From contig NC_043010.1 in assembly GCF_006345805.1 (NCBI RefSeq), forward strand, positions 26,784,001-26,848,000: DNA of 64,000 nucleotides, read 5' to 3'. The notes under the pieces were generated by a model. That model was not told the origin of the DNA, did no database searches, and worked only from the letters and a program-made list of their open reading frames with translations. Position numbers and translations under genes: made by a program. Below are positions 26,611 through 38,660 of the stretch, piece by piece (position 1 is the stretch's first letter; each line of letters begins with the position of its first letter). This DNA is from Octopus sinensis. Lineage: Eukaryota.

Positions 26611-26854
26611 ATGGTGATAATAATAATGATAATCTTTTCTACTATAGACACAAGGTCTGAAATTTAGGGGGAGGGGGTTAGTCAGTTACATTGACCCCCA
26701 GAGTTTCACTGGTCCTTATTTTATTGACCCTGAAAGGATGAAAGGCAAAGACAACCTTGGTAGAATTTGAACTGAGAATGTAAAGATGGACAAAATGCCA
26801 CAAAGCATTTTGCCTGGCATGCTAACATTTCTGCCAGCTCGCCTCCTTATAATG

Positions 26855-26911
<57 letters not shown>

Positions 26912-26928
26912 TAATAATAATAATAATA

Positions 26929-26964
<36 letters not shown>

Positions 26965-26970
26965 TAATAA

Positions 26971-27501
26971 CCAGTCAGTGGCTCACATGGCTTCTGATTG
27001 GAAGTGTTATCATGTACATTGTTTTGTCTTGGTATAAAAGATGGACTACAGCAAATATTCTGCTCAATACCTTTGATTAGCTAGTCACTTGTTTGACCTT
27101 AACCAGTTGAGCATGTTCCTTAGTGGCTGACGATACGTGCATCTCTGATCACGAGCAGAAGTAGTGGGGGAGTATCATAGCTGTGTGTTGAAAGGAATTC
27201 TTAGAGGTTTGGATAATTCACCTCTGGAAACATGGATGTTTCATTCATCATCCTTAAGCAACCCTTATTCAGGGAGCTTTTGATTGATATGGGCTACTGA
27301 GCCTGAAGAAAATTCTAACTGGGCCCTACCTGCAAGGTCATGCACTATTTATCTTGATATGAGATCACCGTGTCGTGCACTTATGGTTGTGATGCATGTG
27401 CCTGGTGTACCCTTATCAGACGAGTAGTCATGATGGGTATATTGGGCTTCGTATATTTGTACCCCAGTGTCACTTTGATGACATGCACTGCTCTCTCACT
27501 C
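26971..27501 (+). mobile_element. ~530-bp non-coding interspersed element embedded in (AAT)n
   Basis: Reverse complement of 43512-44064; both copies flanked on both sides by AAT repeats. Confidence 0.85.
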
Positions 27502-28065
27502 AATAATAATAAAGACAATAATAATAATAGTAATAATAATAATAATAATAGTAATAGTCCTTACTACTCTAGGTACAAGGCCTGAAATTTGGGAGAAGAG
27601 GGCTGGTTGTTTACATCAATCCCAGTGTTCTACAGATATTTAATTTAACGACCCTGAAAGGACGAAACGCAAAATTAACTGTGGCAGAATTTGAACTCAG
27701 AAAATAAAGATAGATAAAATGCCAATAAGCATTTCATCTGGCATGCTAACAATTTTGCCAGCTTGTTGCCTTCGATAATAATATTAATAACGATGATGAT
27801 TTCAAATTTTGCCACAAGGGTAGCAGTTTGGGTGGAGGGAATGAGTCGATTACATTGACTTCAGTACATAACTGGTACTTGTTTTATCAACCCTGAAAGG
27901 ATGAAAGGCAAGGTCAACTTTGGCAGAATTTGAGCTCAGAATGCAAAGACGGATAATATGGTGCTAAGAATTTTGCCCGGCATGCTAATGATTCTGTTAG
28001 TTTGCCACCTTTAATAATAATGGTGGTGGTGTGGTGGTTGGGTGATGATGATGATTAATAATAAT

Positions 28066-28288
28066 TGTATAGTGAGTATAAATCTTGAGAAGTACATGGA
28101 ACAAATAGGGACTGCAATAAGAATAGAGCACTTGTAGAAAACAGCACTGCTTGGAACTGCTTGAATACTCCAGATGGTGCTCGAAAAATAAGGGATGTTA
28201 CCTTAGTTCACTGGTAGTGAAAAGCTGACACTGTTGTGCATCTCCAGTGTTAGAAGCTGTGCAAAGACAATAAATAATAATAATAATA
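28066..28288 (+). mobile_element. RLE-type (R4/Dong-like) non-LTR retrotransposon 3' fragment
   Basis: Translation EHL*KTALLGTA*ILQMVLEK*, short 3' UTR, (AAT)n tail. Confidence 0.65.
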
Positions 28289-28290
28289 GC

Positions 28291-28617
28291 AAAAGGGGCT
28301 GATTGCTACCTAGCTCAGATACCAGGAAACCTCAAAATGGCAGAAATTCAAAAGATAGTGCTCGTAGGAACTGCCCATATCCTACGTAAAATACTGTCTA
28401 TATAATCTCAAATTTTAAAACAAAACACATAATTTTCTTATGGTTTCTTAAACATTCTCTAGAATAAGACTATGTACAAAACCAAATATACGGCACCCTA
28501 TTCATAACACCAATACTAACTTTTCTCTTGAGGTCTCTGGGTGAGACTTGGAGTCAACTTGTACAAATGCAAAGCAAAAGTCAAGCATAAAATAATAATA
28601 ATAATAATAATAATAAT
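28291..28617 (+). mobile_element. Second RLE-type (R4/Dong-like) 3' fragment
   Basis: Translation YLAQIPGNLKMAEIQKIVLVGTAHILRKILSI* (stop 28403-05), 3' UTR, (AAT)n tail 28590-28617. Confidence 0.75.
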
Positions 28618-29221
28618 TAGTAATAATTGTATAGAGTTGTGTTTCTCAACCATCTTTTACCGATTGACCCACTGTGTATATAAAAAAAAATCTTACTGAA
28701 ATTTTAGACTTAAATATATAAAGGAATTGTATAAAAAAAATTTTATATTTTGTGTGTTGTAGAAATATAACCAATTTATTGCCTATAAAGTTTAACAACA
28801 AAATCTTATGTGGACCCTAATTGGACAAAGACAAAGAAGAACCCCTATAATAAGAATGGATTGTGCCACCACAAAAGGGGATTTGTGGAATCCCACCATA
28901 CAGCCATGAATTACACAGAATAGGGTGCTGACCCCTCATGGTGTTAATTTCCCAGTTATTGCTGCAACCTATTTACAGCCAAGTGGACTGGGACAATACG
29001 AAATGAAGTGTTTTTGCATGACAAAGCCACCTGGTCTGGAAATTGAAACCCTAACCATTAGTCCAGCATGGATTACAGACACTAAATGATAATGATGATG
29101 GTGATGACGACAACAATGATAATGATGATAGTGATGATGATGACGACAATGATGATGGTGGTGATAATGATGACGACAATGATGTTGATGATGACAATGA
29201 TGGTGATGGTGATGATAATGA

Positions 29222-29255
<34 letters not shown>

Positions 29256-30121
29256 GGTGGTGGTGGTGGTTGTGGTGATGGTGATGGTGATGATGATGGC
29301 AATGATCCCTGACCTTGTGTAGAGTGTGAAGGTTAACACTCTCCCCTGGCCATAAGGTCTACCTCATTGAGCACAAAGAGTACCTGTCAACATTCTAGAT
29401 GTCAGTAATATTAATAATAATAATAATAATAACAATAACAGTGATAATAATAATGATGATGATAATAATAATCTTCTTAAATGTTTAACTACCTAATATT
29501 AGGCACCACTAATCAGTTTACTGTTGTAGTAATGTGTACAAAAAAATATGTGTACATGTGTGACATGCGTGTGTGCGAGTGTTTGACTGTGAATAGGTGT
29601 GTGTGTGTGTATGCTTGTGTGTGTGTGTGTGTGTTGTTGTTGTTGTTGTTGTTTGTGTGTGATATTCTTGTTTTTTGACTTAAGAGATTGAAATGAGATC
29701 AGTCTCTTAGATAGCCTTGATGTTTTTGATCTTCCTATCTATTCTAGCAGATTAAGACGCACGGTTATTATTATTACTGTTATTGTTGTTGTTATTATTA
29801 TTATTATTATTATTATTTCAATGATGATGCTGATCATCATCATCATTGTCATAATTGTTAACCAAGGCTTGATGTTTACATTCTGTTTCACATGTAGAAC
29901 TTGCTAATTCCGAGATCAAATGTACACTTTGACTGACAATGAAACAATGTGAAAGCATTCAAGCCAAATGGAAATTGACCGACTTCTGACAGAACTGGAA
30001 ATTCTAAGCAGCTTTCTTAGATGTGCAGGTACACACATATATACATGTGTACATAAACATAAGTGTATGTATGTATGTATGTATGTATGTGTGTATGTAT
30101 ATATATATATGTGTGTGTATG

Positions 30122-30158
<37 letters not shown>

Positions 30159-30187
30159 ATGTATGTATATATATATATATATATATA

Positions 30188-31330
30188 CTAGCAGTATCGC
30201 CCGGCGTTGCTCGGGTTGTAAGGGAAATAACTATATAAGCATTTTTAGAGAGTTATAGCCAAAAAATAGCAAAAAAATGCATTAAAAATTGAAAAAAAAT
30301 TAAGGTAAATTTTTTTAAAAATCGTTGACACATCGTAGATATTTTTAGAGAGTTACTTCCCTTATATAAAAGCGAAAAAAATGCATTAAAATGGAAAAAT
30401 ATGATGGTAAATTTTTTAAAATCGTAGACTCATCGTAGACGCGCGCTAATACCCAGAAGGGCTCAATATGAATCACGACTATAAGATACCCGCTTTTGGT
30501 TAAACTGCACCGCAAAATGTGGGAGTAGTTACGAATCTAAATCGAAGGGGACAGACACACAACTTCACTCTTATATAAAGATGCTTTTTTTTTCAGTCAT
30601 AGAGTTAGATTTATGAAGGTCTTCAGTAGAAAATCCTTCGAATTCTGACTCGCTGCTTGATATAATGAAATTCGTATCCATTTTTTGTCAGAATTACAAA
30701 TTTTGAAAACACAATAGGAACAAATTTTGGAAAAATATCTCCCATAATTCACAGAATTAAAATTACACTTCGATTTTTGTACAAAACTGTATTTGAAGTG
30801 TTTAAGAAGTATAATACGTGTTTTCACGAATGTACTAAAGAGATTTACTCTGATATTCTCATTTAAATATGAATAGGTAAATTCGGGCGGTTTGGTAACG
30901 AAAGGGTTTATATAAGTGTCGTCAGTTTAGTCTTCCTCAAATCACTCTGTCGCTAATTTACTCTCTTCCAAGAACATTTTCACTCACTCTTATCTGTTAG
31001 CTTCCCATACATTTTACTCATGTATCTATCAGCGTGATAGACAGAAACAAATATTACATCTAGTTTCACTTTATTCGTTGCACACTGTGTGTGTGCATTT
31101 GCGTGTGCTGTAAACCAGACTAAGAAAAGCATTTGACACACACACCAGAATGTGAGTTTTCTGTAAATTTTGCTTAATTGGAGTTTAAATTTTAAAAACT
31201 GGACCTGGCATGACCCGATGCATTCTACTCTTAAAAATGCTAGGTAAATTGTAATTGAAGAAATCCTATATTGTAGATTTCTATAACTTACAAAGGGAGG
31301 CAGATAAAATCTGCCTTTTATAATAAGAGA
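30188..31330 (-). mobile_element. Non-autonomous Helitron with two candidate 5' ends
   Basis: Minus-strand 3' CCCGAGCAACGCCGGG hairpin plus CTAG|T at 30188; A|TC 5' ends at 30581 and 31330; internal 100-bp tandem pair 30241-30440. Confidence 0.75.
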
Positions 31331-31339
31331 TATATATAT

Positions 31340-32065
31340 CATCATCATCATCATCGTTTAGCGTCCGCTTTCCATGCTAGCATGGGTTGGACGGTTCAAC
31401 AGGGGTCTGGGAAGCCAGAAGGCTGCACCAGGCCCAGTCTGATCTGGCAATGTTTCTATGGCTGGATGCCCTTCCTAACACCAACCACTCCGTGAGTGTA
31501 GTGGGTGCTTTTTACGTGCCACCAGCACGGAGGCCAGTCAGGGCGGTGCTGGCAACGGCCACGTTCAGATGATTCTCTTACGTGCCACCGGCACTGGTAT
31601 CACAGCTACAATTTCCATTGATGTTGATCAATTTCGATTTCAATTTTGATTTTGATTTTCACTTGCCTCAGCAGGTCTTCACAAGTAGAGATTTGTGTCC
31701 CAAGAAGGAAAGGTATGCATAAGTGGACTGGCTACATCCCAGGTAGAGGCCACGGGTTATGGTCTCACTTGTCCTGCCAGGTCTTCTCACGCACAGCATA
31801 TTTCCAAAGGTCTCGGTCTCTAGTCATTTCCTCGGTGAGACCTAAAGTTCGAAGGTCGTGCTTCACCACCTCGTCCCAGGTTTTCCTGGGTCTACCTCTT
31901 CCACAGGTTACCTCAACTGCTAGGGTGTGGCACTTTTTCACACAACTATCTTCATCCATTCTCGCCACATGACCATACCAGCGCAAACATCTCTCTTGCA
32001 CACCACAACTGATGCTTCTTAGGTCCAGCTTTTCTCTCAAGGTACTTACACTCTGTCGAGTATGA

Positions 32066-32068
<3 letters not shown>
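31340..32068 (-). mobile_element. RTE LINE 5'-truncated copy
   Basis: ORF 31765-32160 contains ERCLRWYGHVARM...GRGRPRKTWDEVV; (GAT)n tail. Confidence 0.95.
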
Positions 32069-32124
<56 letters not shown>

Positions 32125-32128
32125 CGTG

Positions 32129-32300
32129 TCATCATCATCATCATCATCGTCGTTTAACATCCGTTCTCCATGCTAGCATGGGTTGGACGGTTCGACCGGG
32201 GTTCTGGGAAGCCAGAAGGCTGCACCAGGCTCCAGTCTAATCTGGCAATGTTTCTACAGCTGGATGCCCTTCCTAACGCCAACCACTCCGTGAGTGTAGT
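32129..32300 (-). mobile_element. RTE LINE 3' tip
   Basis: Nearly identical to 3797-3970. Confidence 0.9.
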
Positions 32301-32309
32301 GATATATAT

Positions 32310-32352
<43 letters not shown>

Positions 32353-32551
32353 CATACACACATATATGTATATGTGTGTGTGTATATATATATATATTAT
32401 CATTACAGATACAGGGTGAAAAATTATTAATTTGATAAAATCAACAAATTTCACCTAGTAGTTTTTCGGTATGGAAAAGAACCATATTAGGTAAAAACTT
32501 ATACAAGATGGACTTATACAAGTTTTTACTGTATATATATATAATATATAT

Positions 32552-32614
<63 letters not shown>

Positions 32615-32714
32615 TATGTATGTATGTATGTATCAAAATGAGCAACAAGGATATCCAGAGGTAATGCAGTATGATCGTTTCATGCAACTCCATTTAATTG
32701 AACAATACAATCAT

Positions 32715-33002
32715 GGAGGCGCAATGGCCCAGTGGTTAGGGCAGCGGACTCGTGGTCGTAGGATCATGATTTCGATTCCCAGACCAGGCGTTGTGAGTGT
32801 TTATTGAGCAAAAACACCTTGAAGCTCCACGAGGCTCCGGCAGGGGGTGGTGATCCCTGCTGTACTCTTTCACCACTCTTTCTTCTGTTGGTCTGCTCGC
32901 TTAGCCAGCGGGGTGGCATCATTCAAAGGCTAAAACAATGCGAATGCATTGTGACCAGCGATGTGTAACATCTGATGGTCTGGTCGGTCACGTGGTCACG
33001 TG
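32715..33002 (+). mobile_element. tRNA-derived SINE family 2 with 8-bp target-site duplication
   Basis: A box tggcccagtgg, B box gatttcgattccc, cacgtggtcacgtg tail; acaatcat at 32707-14 and 33003-10. Confidence 0.9.
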
Positions 33003-33379
33003 ACAATCATTACATCAATTTAAAATGTAGAGCAATCTTCAGTTGCACAAAGACATAGAATTTAATTAAATTAGAACAGATGGACACATTAGTATAATTA
33101 TACCTAAAATCTCCAAGATGTTTAGGACATAGACAAAGAACATGTTGTCTCTACTTCATCATAGAGGTTACTAAAATTATCAAGAAGACTCTGATTTTTT
33201 TTTTTGTCTTTATGGGGTCAGTTTTAATTTCTAGACTAGTTTATCAAATTCCTTGTATATCTAAGGCTGAGAGAACAGAGGGCAGTATTGTGTTAGGAGT
33301 AAGGATGAGTGAGTAGATAGACATTCTAGTTGATATAGTCATAAAAAATCAACATTTATTATAAGCAATATCATGAGGT

Positions 33380-34203
33380 TTAGTTAGTTAGTTAGTTAGT
33401 TAGTTAATTTGGCTCAAAAGCAAATAGCAAGGCCATGTAGGGGGACATGGAGTTAAGTACAGGGTGGTGTTCATGTAAAGAGTTCAGGCCACTTGAGGTC
33501 AAGGGAGGCTTTGAACAAAGCGGTCGTCGGCATCTTCACCATCTTGTCTGGCAGCTTGTTCCACGGATCCGCAACCCGGATGGAGAAAGCTCCTCTCCTT
33601 CGATTGAGATGAAATCGTCGCAGGTAGAGCTTTTCGGAATGACCCCACAGCCGACGCTCCGGAGCAGGAGTGAAGAACAGCTCTTTCGAGAGGTTACACT
33701 TCCCGCTTATGATGTTGTGGGCGAGAATGAGATCACCACGGCGGCGGCGTTTTTCAAGAGAATAAAGGTCGAGCGTCCTCAGCCTTTCTTCGTAGGACAA
33801 ATTTTTGAGACCATGAACCATGCGGGTAGCCAGCCTCTGGACTCTTTCGAGATGCTGTATGTCTTTGAGGAGATAAGGGGAAGAGGCTTGAATCCCATAC
33901 TCCAATATGGGTCTCACCAGCGTGACATAGAGTGGCAGGAATATGGCTGCTGTGAGCATTCCGAATGACCGTCGAATCAAAAACAGAATTCCGCGCGCTT
34001 TGTTGGCAGCATGGACGCACTGGGCCGAAGGCGAAAAGGAGGAATCCACCAAGATACCCAGGTCCTTTACCTGATCGGTCCTCTCCAGCAGCAGACGACC
34101 CGGCTCGAAATCAAGTTGAGTTGCAGGAGTAGAGCCGACAGGCAGATGACAGCACTTTGACACGTTCAGACACAGGTCCCAATCGTTAGACCACTTAGTA
34201 AGG
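33380..34203 (-). mobile_element. CR1-group LINE, 5'-truncated, (CTAA)n tail
   Basis: Uninterrupted 230-aa ORF 33471-34163 (KDLGILVD, LVRPILEY, LERVQRLATRMV, LYSLEKRRRRGDLI, RVADPWNKLP); (ttag)n at 33380-33406. Confidence 0.92.
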
Positions 34204-34453
34204 GAAAATTTAAAACAAGATGTTAACTGATAATTAAGGGGATTGCCCTCTTTGTGGAGCTGAAGATTGCTCTACAATTTAAATTAATGTAATGATTGCA
34301 TTGTTCAATTAAATGAAGTTGCATGAAACGATCATACTGCATTACCTCTGCATATCCTTGTTGCTCATTTTGATTTTAACCACCTTACTTTGAAATTGTA
34401 TGGATAATACCATACTAAATTCTGGTGCCTCTACTTAAGTACCATATTCATCT

Positions 34454-35049
34454 GAAGATGGATGTGTAAACAACAAACTGATGTATTAGTTTAACACTCG
34501 GGAAGTGAGAAAGTCTTCTACGTTTCAAGCTTACACTTTTTGACAGAAAGAAACACAGAAATAAACAGGGAGAGGAAAAAGAAGATGGTTTAGTGGCTAG
34601 CAATCTATCATGGCGGATTGAGAGAAATGACAATAGGAAAAAGCAGAAAGTATAAAAAAGTTGAGAAAAGTTCAAAAGGTTCAAAAGCTGTGGTGTATTG
34701 GAGCGATTTCTCATCAAAGGAAGAGTCCAGTGTAATCCATGGGTAGTAGAGGTGCAGCCAAGGTGCAGGAGTCCAGTTGTAGGAGAGTAGAAGAAAGCCC
34801 AGGTAGAGAATCCAGGTAGAATAGTCCAAGGAAGGTTCAAAGTGGAGTTGGAGACAGGATAAAACTGGTGCGACCACTTGAATGTGTAATATATAGTGAG
34901 AATTTACAAAAAAAAACAAAAGACGAAGATTGGTGTGTAAACAACAAATAAATGTATAAGTTTAAGACTCAGGAATTGAGAAAGTCTTTTACGTTTCAAG
35001 CCTGCGTTCTTCAACAGAAAGGAACACAGAAATAAGCAGGGAGAGAAAA
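34454..35049 (-). mobile_element. Non-autonomous Penelope/retrozyme-like element: two ~125-bp direct repeats, each with a family A hammerhead motif
   Basis: DRs 34454-34579 and 34925-35049 (~83% by eye, offset 471); motifs at 34515-34550 and 34986-35021; no recognisable protein between them. Confidence 0.65.
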
Positions 35050-35066
35050 TACATATTTATAAATAT

Positions 35067-38000
35067 GATGCCACTGTCCCCCGCCCCAGGGTCTCTAGGG
35101 CCCATACCTCCCACACCCTCAGAGTTGGCACTCTCAATGTTGGCACACTGAAAGGTAGGTCTGGTGAGATTGTTGAAATGCGTGAACGTAGATGTGTTGA
35201 TATGTGCTGCATCCAAGAAGTAAGGTGGAGAGGAGGTTCTGCTAGGTTCCTCACAGGCAAAGAACACAGGTACAAGATTTTCTGGGCAGGGAACACTGAC
35301 GGGTTTGGGGGCGTGGGTATACTTCTAGCTGAAAAATGGGTAGATAAGATAATAGAGGTAATCAGAATAAGTGACAGAATACTTAAGATTAGATTAGTGC
35401 TATATCATGGATTAGCAACCATTATATCAGCCTATGCCCCTCAGCTGGGGCTACCCGATGGACAGAAAGACCGATTCTATGACACCCTACTGCAGACTAC
35501 CTCGTTGATGAACAACAGAGACCTTCTCTTTGTGGCTGGTGACTTCAATGGTCACATTGAACGACATGCTGGGGGCTTCCATGGGGGCAATGGTTATGGT
35601 TCCCGCAAAGAGGAGGGAACCAGGCTGCTGGAGTTCTGCGATGCAAATGATCTTATGGTTTGCAACACTAACTTCAGGAAACCTACCAGCCACCTAGTCA
35701 CCTACCGATCGGGCCGACATACCAGCCAAATTGATTACATCCTTGCCAGGAAAAGGGAAAGATGGCTGCTTATAAATGCCAAAACTTTCCCAGGCGAAGA
35801 ATGTACCCCACAACATAAACTGGTAGTTAGTGACTTTAGGATCAGGACTAAGAGGACGACCGGAAGACAACCAACATGGAGAAGAAGGATCTGGAAGCTT
35901 AAAGATCCTGCGAATGGACAGAGACTTAGGGACATATTACTTGAAGCCTTTGACAAAGTAGAAGGGGATATAGCTTCACATGGGGTAGAAGATAACTGGA
36001 GGTCTCTAAGGGACAACCTGCTGAGAGCCATGGACCAGATCTGTGGCTGGTGCAAAGTCCCCTCTCGACCCAAAATAACGTGGTGGTGGAACAATGTTGT
36101 AGACAGGGCCATTAGAGAAAAGAGACAGGCTTGGAAGGACTGGAAAAATAGTGGTAGCAGGGAATTGTATCAGACTACCAAAAGAGAAGCTAGGAGACAG
36201 TTTTATTTAGACAGAGGGGAAGCAGATAAGAAAAAATTTGCCAATGTTCTGCACCGTGAAGACGAAAGACTTGAGATATTCCGAGTTGCAGGACAGTGTG
36301 TGAGAGAGAATCGTGATATGGTAGGAGAGAAATGTGTTCGCATGGATGATGGTTCATTTCCGCTAAATGAGGATGCAAAGAGAGAGGTTTGGAGACATCA
36401 TTATGAGAGGCTGCTAAATAAGGAAAATGAATGGGATAAAGAGAGTCTGCCGAATGTCGACCCAACAGAGGGACCAGCTATTTGAGTTGACAGTTCCTTA
36501 GTAGTTAAGGCAATTAGTAGCATGAAGACAGGGAAAGCCCCAAGCCCATCAGCAATTACTGCAGAGATGCTTAAAATATCTGGTAGTGTCAGCTATAGCC
36601 TAGTCACCCGTATAGTTAATCAGGTGATACACGAAGGAGTCATACCCAATGACTGGTGTAGCAGCATAATAGTCAACTGCTACAAAGGTAAGGGTGACGC
36701 TTTAGATACAAATAATTACAGAGGTATCAAGCTGTTGGATCAGGTAATGAAGGTTACGGAGAGGGTCATAGCCCAACTGATTAGGGAGAGAGTCTGCTTG
36801 GATGAGATGCAGTTTGGTTTCGTGTCAAGAAAAAGCACCACTGATGCCATATTTCTGGTGAGACAGCTGCCGGAGAAATACCTAGCCAAGGATAAGCCCC
36901 TGTACCTGGCTTTCGTTGACATGTAGAAAGCCTTTGACAGGGTCCCCCAATCTCTTATCTGGTGGTCAATGAGGAAACTAGGGATAGATGAATGGTTAGT
37001 GAGAGCCGTGCAAGCCATGTACAGAGACGCTGTAAGTAAGGTGAGGGTTGGCAACGAGTACACTAAAGAATTCAAAGTAGAGGTAGGGGTCCACCAAGGT
37101 TCAGTCCTCAGCCCCCTCCTCTTTATCATAGTCCTCCAGGCAATAATGGAGGAATTCAAGATAGGATGCCCCTGGGAGCTCCTATATGCTGATGACTTTG
37201 CTCTAATTGCTGAGTCAATATCAGAGCTAGAGGCAAAGTTTCAAGTGTGGAGACAAGGATTAGAATCGAAGGGCCTTAAAATCAACCTAGCTAAAACCAA
37301 AGTCTTAATATGTAGGAAGGCATGCAAATCACAAACGCCTTCTGGTAGATGGCCCTGCTCAATCTGTAGAAAAGGCGTAGGTAGAAACTCTATAAGATGC
37401 ACCAAGTGTAAACTATGGACACATAAGAGGTGCAGCAATGTCAAAGGAAAACTAACTGGGAAGATAGTTTTTGAATGTGGCAGATGCTCAGGAGCAATAA
37501 ACACTGAAAATGCTCAGAGACCAACTTCTACCACATTCCAGGGAGAAAAACTAGAAGTAGTTGATAGCTTCCGTTACCTAGGTGACCAAGTCAGTAGTGG
37601 GGGCGGGTGTGCTGAAAGTGTAACTGCTAGAGTAAGAATAGCCTGGGCAAAGTTCAGAGAGCTCTTACCTCTGCTGGTGACAAAAGGCTTCTCGCTCAGA
37701 GTAAAAGGCAGACTGTATGACGCATGTGTATGAACAGCCATGCTACATGGCAGTGAAACATGGGCTGTGACTGCTGAGGATATGTGTAAGCTCACAAGAA
37801 ATGAAGCCAGTATGCTCCTATGGATGTGTAATGTCAGTGTTCATACTCAACAGAGTGTAAGTACCTTGAGAGAAAAGTTGGACCTAAGAAGCATCAGTTG
37901 TGGTGTGCAAGAGAGACGTTTGTGCTGGTATGGTCATGTAGTGAGAATGGATGAAGATAGTTGTGTGAAAAAGTGCCCCACCCTGGCAGTTGAGGGAACC

Positions 38001-38141
38001 TGTGGAAGAGGTAGACCCAGGAAAACCTGGGACGAGATAGTGAAGAACGACCTTCGAACTTTAGGTCTCACCAAGGAAATGACCAGAGACCGAGACCTAT
38101 GGAAATATGCTGTGCGTGGGAAGACCTGGCAGGACAAATGA
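35067..38141 (+). pseudogene. RTE ORF2 (EN-RT), one frame with 3 premature stops
   Basis: ORFs 35178, 36522, 36969 and 37740 share a frame; motifs GTLNVGTL, CIQEVRW, AGDFNGH, IDYIL, YRGIKLL, QFGF, GVHQGSVLSP, YADD, YLG; stops at 36483-85, 36924-26, 37731-33. Confidence 0.95.
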
Positions 38142-38660
38142 GACCATAACCCGTGGCCTCTACCTGGGATGTAGCCAGCCCACTTATGCCTACCTTTCCT
38201 TCTTGCGACACAAACCCTACTTGTCAAGACCTGTTGAGGCAAATCGAAATCGAAATCTTTCAACATCAATGGAAATTGTAGCTGAGATACCATTGTCGGT
38301 GGCATGTAAGAGAACCATCCGAACATTGCCGTTGCCAGCGCCGCCCCGACTGGCCTCCGTGCCGTTGGCACGGAAAAAGCAACATCCGATTGTGGCTGTT
38401 TGCCAGACTGGCCTCCGTGACGTTGGCACGGAAAAAGCAACATCCAATTGTGGCCGTTTGGCAGCCTCGTCTGGCACCTGTGCAGATGGCACATAAAAAG
38501 CACCCAGTACACTCTCGGAGTGGTTGGCATTAGGAAGGGCATCCATCTGTAGAAACACTGCCTGATCAGATTGGGCCTGGCACAGCTTTCTGGCTTCCCA
38601 GACCCCAGTTGAACTGTCCAACCCATGCTAGCATGGAAAACGGACGTTAAACGATGATGA
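35067..38660 (+). mobile_element. RTE-clade LINE, near full length
   Basis: APE endonuclease plus RT ORF, 3' UTR with hairpin repeats, CCATGCTAGCATGG palindrome and (GAT)n tail. Confidence 0.97.

Larger units (their letters stand above)
25715..28010 (-). mobile_element. Cluster of co-oriented SINE family 3 copies (25715-25925, 26640-26845, 27570-27770, 27800-28010)
   Basis: Each has ttgaccctgaaaggatgaaaggcaaag...agaatttgaac...agaa, reverse complement of 44543-44760. Confidence 0.8.
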
